Shown: positions 30,008-41,168 of the stretch, in pieces
Numbering within the stretch: the stretch's first letter is position 1
Layout of the letters: every line of letters begins with the position of its first letter
Assembly (NCBI GenBank): GCA_951406725.2
Contig: OX597821.1
Coordinates: 46,934,001 to 46,998,000, forward strand
Source of the DNA: Octopus vulgaris
Lineage: Eukaryota
Length of the DNA stretch: 64,000 nucleotides
Direction: 5' to 3'
Position numbers and translations under genes: made by a program
The notes under the pieces: model-generated
The model's input: only the letters and a program-made list of their open reading frames with translations
Databases searched by the model: none
Told to the model about the DNA's origin: nothing

Positions 30008-30253
30008 TGCTAGCTAGCTTTGTGGTGCTTCCATTCTCACATACTCACCATTCACACAGACAAACACTTGCTAGCTTGCATTACCAATCTCATAACTCCA
30101 TGTAATGCACGACTGTATTCATAGTGAGTGCGTGAGTTTGTATTGTGTATGTACTAACACACACACACACACACACACATACATGTATAACATGTATGTG
30201 TAACATGTATACAGACATATATGCACAAATGTATGTATAATATATATCTATAG

Positions 30254-30373
<120 letters not shown>

Positions 30374-30533
30374 GCGGTGCCCCAGCATGGCCACAGTAAA
30401 ATGACTGAAACAAGTAAAAGAGAAAGAGAAAAAAATATTGTTGTATTTAGGAATGGTCATTTTGCCAGTTTAGCCAATAAATATATATAAACGTATATAT
30501 ATATATGTGTGTATGTGCGTGTGTGTATATACA

Positions 30534-30579
<46 letters not shown>

Positions 30580-30987
30580 TATATATATATAATAGTTGCT
30601 AGATTTGGAGGAAAGGGCAATGGCCATATTTTTCGCAATCTCACCGGTGAGATTCATGAAGTTAACCTGTTGGTTATGGATTGCAAAAAGAAGAAAAAAA
30701 CATTATTACTGTGAAGGATTTGACGCCTTGGAAGGAAGGACTACCTGTGTTGGTCAGCGCAGAGCAATAGAAGCTGTGAACTGGAAAGCGACCGCCATTA
30801 GATACTAGAGGGTATTGTATCACCCACAGAATCATATACATGCAATAGAAACCGCCAATTGCATTTACGTTAGGACAAACCATTTCTGATAATGAATGCT
30901 CAGCTGATAACATCATGCAAACATAGACGTGACTTTGTTAATAACAACTAGTTGATAATACTATCCGTGATCATAAGAAGCGATTTT

Positions 30988-31406
30988 AGATCTTTTCGGT
31001 TTGAACGGCAGTTTTTAACATAATTTCTAGGTTACTAAAAAATTTTAAACTTCGTATACTGGTAGAATGTGTTTATAAAACATCTTTTTCTCTTGGCTTT
31101 ATTGAGAAAATTCTATAGTTTGTAAGATATTTGTTGTATTTTTTCTTCAATTTCTGCAATTTCAACCAATCACTGACGTCTATTGAGGTAAAAACATTCT
31201 GTGCCGTATGAATATTCCCTCGTTTAAGAAACAGATTGGGTTTATTTACATTTGTGAAGAAAAAAAGATACCCTTCCCCCACCCCTAGCCCTAACCCTAA
31301 CCCTAAAACAGATTGAAATGCAATAGATCGATACTAGGGTCGTAATTATGGGTGACAATTTCATATGACACCGCTAGAAAAACTGCCGTTCAAACCGAAA
31401 AGATCC
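30988..31406. mobile_element. Second copy of the (CCCTAA)n-containing MITE
   Basis: Same TIRs (first G changed to A); TSD GCGATTTT at 30980-30987 and 31407-31414. Confidence 0.9.
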
Positions 31407-32169
31407 GCGATTTTCACTGTACGCACGCACCCTACCCACGCCCACAATACACACACACACATATATATATACATACTTACATACATGTATGTGAATGCAT
31501 ATGTGTGTGTGTGCGTGTGTGTATACATGTATATATATGTATATATGTATGTGTGTATGTATAATTCCCCCGCAGTCACTAAATACAAGGCCTCCTATTT
31601 GGGGTGGAGTATCATAGATTTGATGAACCCAAACAGTTAACTGGTATTTATTTTAATGACTTCGAAACGATTAAATACAAACTCTCCCTATTCTGCTTTA
31701 TTATAACTGAACACTGCACTTCTAGCATTCTGTCAGTCACGACCAATTCTGCTAGTTTAAGTCACTGCCAATTCCGCTCTTTTAACAGTCACTACCAATT
31801 CTGCCAAACACAAGGCTACTAGTTGTAGGGTATTAGTCATCGATTTAACCAAGACAGGTCCTTGACCACTATTTTATGTTGTAGGGCCCGGAAGAACCAG
31901 AAAACAGATTCAGTCTTGGGAGTAGTTCCGAATATTCAGGACATTGAAAGATCTAACAACATAGGAAAAAGTCATTCCAGCCGTTCTTTGACCCTTCTGC
32001 ACGAGCTTCAGATAAACAAATACTCATAAAATGTTTTTTTTTTTGTCGCTTTATGTACAACTTTAGTAATCATGATTATTTGTTACTGGCTTTGTTCATG
32101 TTGTCACTATGACACTATTTCAATTACCTTCTTGATTGGTTAAGACAGAACGGTATTACCAGGTACACA

Positions 32170-32386
32170 GGTGGCGAGCTGGCTGAATCGTTAGCACGCC
32201 GGGCGAAATGCTTAGCAGTATTTCGTCTGCCGCTACGTTCTGAGTTCAAATTCCGCCGAGGTCGACTTTGCCTTTCATCCTTTCGGGGTCGATTAAATAA
32301 GTATCAGTTACGCATTGGGGTCGATATAATCGACTTAATCCGTTTGTCCTCTCTGTGTTTAGCCCCTTGTGGTTAGTAAAGAAATA
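32170..32386 (+). mobile_element. SINE family B monomer with tail A
   Basis: Head GGTGGCGAGCTGGC; ends GTAAAGAAATA; 13-bp direct repeat GGTATTACCAGGT at 32152-32164 and 32387-32399. Confidence 0.88.
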
Positions 32387-32429
32387 GGTATTACCAGGTT
32401 GGATGACCACATAGGGATAGTTTTGACGA

Positions 32430-32491
<62 letters not shown>

Positions 32492-32492
32492 G

Positions 32493-32525
<33 letters not shown>

Positions 32526-33047
32526 TTTTGATGAGTAGATAGATAGATAGAAAGAAAGGAATGTAAATAGAACCTAGGTAGATAGAATGATAGAAAGTTA
32601 GATGTTCGGTTTTTGATTGTTTTAGTTCGTTTCTCAACTGAAAGTTCAAATCCCCTCAAGCTATAATATCCTTTTTGCAGCCATATTCATAATAAAAAAA
32701 AGTCCCAAAGCCAAGGAAGTGCGAGATAAAATTTATCAAAAGAAACCTATAAAACACTCACTGATAAAAATATTCTGCTAACGATTACTATAATTATAAA
32801 ATATGTCATTAAAATACAATTAAATTACACAAAAATATTGATTTTGAAGATATCCTACAGAGTAGTAGATAACACATTAGTGTATGTGTGTGTGTGTGTA
32901 TACACACACATATATATACATACTTATACACACATGTATACATACATATTACATTTATATATATGTATGTGTATATATACACACACATACATACATATAT
33001 GTATGTGTGTGTGGGCGTGTGCGTGTGTGTGTGTATTTGTGTATGAA

Positions 33048-33240
33048 AAGCGTGTAGCCCAGTGGATAGGGTGTTGCACTCACGTTCACAAAATTGTGGC
33101 TTTGATTCCCATGTCGTTTGTGCATTGTGTTCGTGACGAAAACACTTCAGTTCACGTCGCTCTAGTATACTCAGCTGTAAATTTATAGCCCAACGACGAA
33201 CTGGCACCCTTCAGGGGAATGTAGGCCTACCCGTCGTCTA
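33048..33240 (+). mobile_element. Old SINE with family C-type head
   Basis: TAGCCCAGTGGATAGGG A box, TTTGATTCCC B box, degenerate core ..TTCACGTCGCTCTAGTATACTCAGCTGTAAAT. Confidence 0.6.
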
Positions 33241-33371
33241 TCCAGAGAAAAGGGCAGCATTAGTCGAAAGCTAAAAACTCCATTATGCGAGGAGGCACAT
33301 GGTGATCAGTGGTGTACAATAACATCCGATTCCCCGTTCGATGAAATAAAAATTATATATATATATGGGTA

Positions 33372-33435
<64 letters not shown>

Positions 33436-33572
33436 CACATATATACATACATACATATTTATATATATATACACACATGGGTTGGTGAGAAAACTTCTTA
33501 CCACACAACCACGACTGCGCATACATATATATATATATATACATACATATATGATATATATGATATATATAT

Positions 33573-33800
33573 ATTCTTTTATTCTTTTACTTGTTTCAGT
33601 CATTTGACTGCAACCATGCTGGAGCACCACCATGAAGGGCTTTTGTCAAACCAAGTGACCCCACAACTTATTTCTTAAGACTAGTACTTATTCTACCGGT
33701 CTCTTAGGTGGAGCTGCTAAGTTACAGGGTCGTAAATACACCTATACCGTTTGTCAAGTGATGATCTGGGTTGGGATTCAAACACAGATACAAAGACACA
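33573..33800 (-). mobile_element. SINE family A 3' half
   Basis: TTACTTGTTTCAGTCATTTGACTG...GCTGGAGCACC. Confidence 0.75.
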
Positions 33801-34106
33801 CACACACTTCTGTATTCCATCATTGTTTTTTGTTTTTTTATATCTGTCCCTTTTGCTGTCCTGGTGTTCGTATGCATTCGATCCTTCTTCCAGGAAATCT
33901 ACGCTTCCAGCTTAGTTTTTCTAATGCTCGTTGCTTGGTTTTTCTTGGAGGGCTGGCCGTGATCCAGTAATCTCAAGATTAATCAGCCGAAATTACTACG
34001 ATGATCCGGTTCTTGACTGAAGACTGAGGGTTTCGAATGTCCTGTCCGTGTTTATTGTGTCGTCTTCTAAGAGTTATACGTTCTTGTCCATGTTGTATTT
34101 TTCTAC

Positions 34107-34146
<40 letters not shown>

Positions 34147-34149
<3 letters not shown>

Positions 34150-34369
34150 TTCTATTTGTTTTAATCATTTGACTGCGGCCATGCCGGGGCACCGGCTTTG
34201 GTCGAGTGAATCGATCCCAGTACTTATTCTTTGTAAGCCTAGTACTTATTCTATCGGTTACTTTTGCCGAACCGCTAAGTTACGGGGACGTAAATGCACT
34301 AGCATTGATTGCGAAGCGATGCTGGAGAGAAAAACGCAGACACACACACACACACACTTACACACACAC

Positions 34370-34401
<32 letters not shown>

Positions 34402-34572
34402 TATATGAATATATATATATAAACGACGGGCTCTTTCAGTTTGCGTCTACCAAATCCACTCACAAGACTTTAGTCGGCTCGGGCTACAATAGAAGACACT
34501 TGCCATAGGTGCCAAGCAGTGGGACTGAACCCAGGACCACGTGGTTGGGAAGCAAGCTTCTTACCGCACAGC
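34147..34572 (-). mobile_element. SINE family A, full-length diverged copy
   Basis: Homologous to 1087-1501. Confidence 0.85.
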
Positions 34573-34995
34573 GATGGCTATCATAGATGAGTTTTATAAA
34601 CTTCCGAGTATACGTGAAATAATTCTACATCGCAATACTATGTCTCAAAACACAAAAAGCTATAAATAATACTGTCGAAATATTGACTAGAAAAACCCTC
34701 CAGATAGTTTTATGCGTGTTTCTTCATATAACATTCCTACATATACGTATCTACGTGTGTATGTATGAATGTATGTATGTATGTATGTATGTATGTATGT
34801 ATGTATGTATGTATGTATGTATGTATGTATTAATGCGTATATTATTGTATGTATCTCTGAATATATCTGATAAGGAAGATTTGAACGTCATACAAAAATT
34901 TAAAATATTTCAAATATGCTTTTATCAGACAATTACTTTAGGGATGTTGATTATTTTATGTGCACAAAATATAATTATGTGTGTGTGTGAGTGTT

Positions 34996-35096
<101 letters not shown>

Positions 35097-35379
35097 CACT
35101 GCGTAGATCATTGAGTTTGAAGAAACTTGGATGAAGTAAATCGAAGGCCGTCTGTGGGGCAATTTTTTTTTCTTTCCCTCTCAGTCTCTTTTTTAACTGA
35201 ATATCCTACACGCTGTTACTTATAGCTCTGTCTACTTCGCGTTGCACCGTTAAAAATAATTTGGTGCATATCACTCAAAGTTATAATTCATTATAATATG
35301 GGTAGAAAGATAGATTTTTGTACACACACACACAGACACACAGATACACACATACACGCACATACTCAAACACACACCT

Positions 35380-35413
<34 letters not shown>

Positions 35414-35514
35414 ATTGGGTCGTTTTCTCGCATGAAACTATTAGTAGCTGGTAAAATTACGAACTGTCTTTATTAAACAATAGTTATCTCTCAGTACACA
35501 CAGACACACACACA

Positions 35515-35560
<46 letters not shown>

Positions 35561-35804
35561 TGTATATATATTGAGAGACAACGATTGTTTAATAACCGCA
35601 GTATATAATTTCATCAGCTACTAATAGTTTCATGCGAAAAAACAATTCAGACAGCATTTTATAACACGTCTGGTTGCTCTTTGCCTATATGCATAACATG
35701 AAGTCACCAGGTGTGTTATGAAATAGTGTTCGAGTCTGAAATATCAGTAACTCTTATATATTTTGTTTATTAAACAATACACACACACACACACGCACAT
35801 ATAA

Positions 35805-35968
35805 TACGGGGTTCTTTCAGTTTGCGTCTACCAAATCTACTCACAAGGCTTTGGTCGGCTCGAGGCTATAGTAGAAGACACCTGCTCAAGGTGCCACGCA
35901 GTAAGACTGAACCCGGGTCCATGTGATTGGTAAGCAAGCTGCTTACCTCACAGCCACGCCTGCGCCTA
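35805..35968 (-). mobile_element. SINE family A 5' half
   Basis: Homologous to 1087-1243. Confidence 0.8.
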
Positions 35969-36200
35969 TATTAATATTTACCAGAAGAAAATTATCAGCT
36001 CGAGGTCCGAGAGCTTCGTGCGTTGACACTTTTCAATAGTGTCAACGCATAAAACTCTCGGACCTTGAGTCACTCTGCTGCTTCCGCTAAATATTTATAA
36101 AAATATACATATACTCATATTTTGAGTTCTATTCTTATTTACATTAACATACCTATCCCTCTTTCTCTCTCTATCTATATATACCTGCGTGTGTGGTGTG

Positions 36201-36264
<64 letters not shown>

Positions 36265-36629
36265 ATAAATAGGACATGGGCGATTGTTGTATTCTTTCTT
36301 GTCTTGAGGTTCACAACCAAATGGCTGGGTGGATTCGCTTAAAAAATGGCACACATGTGGAGATGGGTGCATAGATTGGAATGCGGTTTGTATATTTTTC
36401 CTAGCCCCCATAGTTACCGAGAAAAATTGATTAAAACTTTTTTCTAATGGAACTCCCCTGTTTGTTCCGCCATTAAAACAACTAGTTGCTCACACAGCCG
36501 GCATATGCCATTTCGTTAGCAACAAGGGGAGTCAGCCAAAACTTTCGCTATGCTGTCTCTCTTCTTTTACCTCTTTGTGGGGTTAATAATCTTAATCTTT
36601 ACTTACAGTTTCTTACTTGGCAGGTATCT

Positions 36630-37013
36630 TTCGCTATAGCCTATGTCCGACCAAGGCTTTTAGAGTGGATTTGGTCGACGGAAACTGAAAAAGCCTGTCA
36701 TATATATATATATATATATATATACATACTTACTTTTTTTTTTATTAAAGCTGTAAAAACAGTTACTCTGAGTTTCACGTTCACGTTCGTCGGACAGTTA
36801 TGATCAGTACTGAAATAAAATTGAAATCACAGTTTTATTCCAGTCTTGACCACAACTCTCTGACGAACGGAAACGTGAAACTCAGAGTAACGGCTTGCTT
36901 AATATTTTGCATCTTTAATAAAAAAAATAGCATAATATTTTTCCTTTGCTAATCGAGTGCTATTTTCCCCCATCTTGTTTTGCATTTATATGCTCATTCG
37001 TGTTTGTGTGTGT

Positions 37014-37070
<57 letters not shown>

Positions 37071-37267
37071 TGTGTTTGTCCCTCATCACCGCTTGACAAA
37101 AGATGCTGGTGTGCTTATGTCCTCATAACTTATCAGTTCGGCAAAAGTGACCGATAGAATAAGTACTAGGCTTAAGAAATAATTCCTGGGGCCCACCCTT
37201 CAAGGCATTGCTCCATCATAGCCGCCGTCAAATGAATGAAACTAATGAAAGAATAAAGGAATAAAAG
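36630..37267 (+). mobile_element. SINE family A interrupted in its internal microsatellite by a hammerhead-like fold-back element (about 36730-36975)
   Basis: 5' part 36630-36700 and 3' part 37065-37267 match family A; the insert has inverted arms. Confidence 0.75.
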
Positions 37268-37437
37268 TATATATATATATATATATACAAACATATATAT
37301 GTATGTATATATATATACAATTTAATAAGGGTAGAAATTGATATTAATCAATTAAAACCAGTGGTCTAGCATGTTAAAAAAATCCGAAGATTAAAATATT
37401 TTTACATACAAAATTTAAAGGACAGTCCTTTAAATTT

Positions 37438-37472
<35 letters not shown>

Positions 37473-37481
<9 letters not shown>

Positions 37482-37556
37482 TATACACATTCCTATATAG
37501 ATACATACATACACACACACACATATATTGTTTATTGCCATCTCTTATAGAGATTT

Positions 37557-37598
<42 letters not shown>

Positions 37599-37651
37599 TG
37601 TACATATAATACCGTACACAGATATGACCAACCGTACACAATACCGTACAC

Positions 37652-37689
<38 letters not shown>

Positions 37690-37771
37690 ACATACTTATA
37701 CACATTCCTATATAGATACATACATACACACACACACATATATTGTTTATTGCCATCTCTTATAGAGATTT

Positions 37772-37827
<56 letters not shown>

Positions 37828-37861
37828 TGTACATATAATACCGTACACAGATATGACCAAC
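37473..37861 (+). repeat. Local tandem duplication, unit about 200 bp, between TA tracts
   Basis: ACACATACTTATACACATTCC...GAGATTTTCTC(AT)nAAATTGTAC...GATATGACCAAC occurs twice (about 37473 and 37688). Confidence 0.9.
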
Positions 37862-38177
37862 TATATATAACTATCAGTATATATTGGTCACCTGTATGAA
37901 TTGTTCTCAATTCTATGAAGTGTACTACCTGAATATGCGACGGATTAAACTAAACCCGCACTCTTGTTAACATACATGCATACATATATACATAAGTGTA
38001 TGCATTTATGCATACATATATATATAAACATATATATACATGCGCGTGCGATCGCACACGCTTGCTTCTCACACGTGTATGTGGATATATATATATATAT
38101 ATATATATACCACTAATAAGTCTGTTCTGAGCATATTGGCATAGAAATAATTTTTCTTTTGCTATTGCTTAAAATTG

Positions 38178-38214
<37 letters not shown>

Positions 38215-38455
38215 ACAAAATAATAAATAAAGCATATGCAAATATACATACATATATGTACGTACATACATCTATATGTATATATACATGCATATATGGG
38301 TACAGGACACCCAAAAAACGTCGAACATAAGGAGAAACGAAAACATAAAAACAAAACCATGGAAACGGAAATTGTTTTAAACAACGAAAAAACAGAGTAC
38401 AAGACATACAACACAAGGAAAATTCGCCTTCTTCAGCCCCTACTTCGTTGACTCC

Positions 38456-38496
<41 letters not shown>

Positions 38497-38689
38497 ATAG
38501 AAATATGTTAAAAAAATAAAATAGAAACTACACGTGGAAATGTAAGGGGAAAATAAGAAAAGGCTTTTTATGAAAGGTAACGACAGATATATACATTTAG
38601 ATGGACTGAGATAGTAATAAAAATCATAAAAGTCATTATTATGAAATTATATATACATACATACATACATACATACATACATACATACA

Positions 38690-38724
<35 letters not shown>

Positions 38725-38743
38725 TAACACGTACACACACATG

Positions 38744-38793
<50 letters not shown>

Positions 38794-39064
38794 CATACAC
38801 ATACATATACCTGTGTGTATGTAATCTTGTTTACATATGACAAATATATATATATATATCGCGCGCAGCAGATTCTGAAACGACGCAATAAAGATACATC
38901 TTTTATATGAATCTATATGTGCGCATACATATAGAAGCAGTTTTTATAGGCAGCGTGTGTAACGCATATATACTCGTACACAGAAACACACAAACGGACA
39001 AATGCACTGAAAGTATATGCATACAACCATGCCTCCACACAGACTTATGCGTGCGTGTGTATGT

Positions 39065-39226
39065 AGGTGTGGAGTGGCTGTGTGGTAAGTAGCTTGCTTA
39101 CCAACCACATGGTTCCGGGTTCAGTCCCACTGCGTGGCATCTTGGGCAAGTGTCTTCTGCTATAGCCCCGGGCCGACCAATGCCTTGTGAGTGGATTTGG
39201 TAGACGGAAACTGAAAGAAGCCTGTC

Positions 39227-39314
<88 letters not shown>

Positions 39315-39524
39315 TTGTGTGTCTGTGTTTGTCCCCCTAGCATTGTTTGACAACCGATGCTGGTGTGTTTACGTCCCCGTCACTTAGCGGTTCGGCAAAA
39401 AGGGACCGATAGAATAAGTACTGGGCTTACAAAGAATAAGTCCCGGGGTCGATTTTCTCGACTAAAGGCGGTGCTCCAGCATGGCCGCAGTCAAATGACT
39501 GAAACAAGTAAAAGAGTAAAAGAG

Positions 39525-39526
<2 letters not shown>
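39065..39526 (+). mobile_element. SINE family A, young full-length copy
   Basis: Near-identical to 1087-1501. Confidence 0.9.
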
Positions 39527-39555
<29 letters not shown>

Positions 39556-39588
39556 ACACACACACGCATATATATATATATATGCGTG

Positions 39589-39624
<36 letters not shown>

Positions 39625-40143
39625 ATCTATCTATCTTTGTGTGTGTGTGAATGTGTGTGAGTGTGTGTGTGTGTGTGTGGTCAAGAAAAGGTAACAGATA
39701 TGTGTCAATCATACAGGTATTTCCAGCTTGGCAAGAATATTTTAAAGTTATCCCATTCACCAAGTGGCCACAAACGATTTCTTACCAGAAATTCAGTGCA
39801 ACTTCCGTTGAAAGAGGGTTTCTACTGGAATAATTTCTGCAATGACTTTCCAAGAGGAGAGTAATATTAGGTCCAGTATATGACCGTTATTTATATCACG
39901 ATGGCTTTTCACTTAGTATGCCGTGGTGGTACGCGGAGAGCCTGCACCAAATATAATTGTCCACCCAACTTCGTGTGTATAAGGTGCCATACATTCTGGC
40001 ATATTTTGTTCTAGAAAATACTTAATAAATATTGTTTTCAATATCATGTTTATGCTATGCTGCAGGGCCTTCAGACCCTACCACCACCACCTGAAATTTA
40101 CATTATTCTTTAATTAGTTTTACATTTACAATATTATTTAATT

Positions 40144-40549
40144 AGTTTCAGTCATTTGACTGCGGCCATGTTGGGGCATAGCCTTTTTAGTGGAAGAAAT
40201 CGATCCCAAGACTTATTCTTTGTGAACCTAGTACTTATTCCATCGGTCGCTTTTACCAAACCGCTAAGTTACGGGGACATAAACACATCAACATCAGTTG
40301 TCAAACGATGGTGGAGGGGAACACACACAGATACACAAACACACATGCACACACACACACACACACACATGTATATATATATACACGACGGGTTTCTTTC
40401 AGATTCCGTTTACCAGATCCACTCACAAGGCTTTGGTCGACCCGAAGCTATAATAGAAGGCACTTGCCCAAGGTTCCACGCAGTGGAACTGAACCCGGAA
40501 CCATGTAGTTGGGAAGCAAACATCTTACCACACAGCCATGCCTGCGCCT
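40144..40549 (-). mobile_element. SINE family A, diverged copy
   Basis: Reverse-complement homology to 39065-39526. Confidence 0.85.
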
Positions 40550-40752
40550 ATAATATATCAAAATATGTTGTTAAACAGTTCAATCTTAGCAGATGACAAA
40601 GGAATATCAGAGTTAGAAATCTAAGGCTGTGAGACATGTTTTTTTACCGATAACATTGGACAGCTAGCATAAGATGAGTCTAAAATGCGTGTTGATCAAT
40701 TCTCAAAGACCTACAATGAAGTTGATTTCAATGTCAATATTCCAAAAAGGAA

Positions 40753-41168
40753 GGCCGCCAGCTGGCAGAAACGTTAGCGCGCCGAGCAAAATGCTTAGCG
40801 GTATTTCGTCTGCCGCTACGTTCCGAATTCAAATTCCGCCGAGGTCGACTTTGCCTTTCATCCTTTCGGGGTCGATTATATAAGTACCAGTTTACGCACT
40901 GGGGTCAATATAATCGACTTAATCCGTTTGTCTGTCCTTGTTTGTACTCTCTGTGTTTAGCCCCTTGTGGGTAATAAAGAAATAGGTATTTTGTCTGCCG
41001 AAACGTTCCGAATTTAAATTCCGCCGAGGTCGGCTTTGCCTTTCATCCTTTCGGGGTCGATTAAATAAGTACCAGTTACGCACTGGGGTCAATATAATCG
41101 ACTTAATCCGTTTGTCTGTCCTTGTTTGTCCACTCTGTGTTTAGCCAATTGTGGGTAGTAAAGAAATA
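40753..41168 (+). mobile_element. SINE family B multimer, left part (two tail-A monomers in tandem)
   Basis: The unit of about 185 bp, GGTATT...TAAAGAAATA, occurs at 40800-40984 and 40985-41168. Confidence 0.88.

Noticed and set aside
40800-41168. CRISPR-like or satellite array
   Set aside because: Tandem SINE monomers in a eukaryotic context; no short repeat-unique spacer pattern and no cas genes
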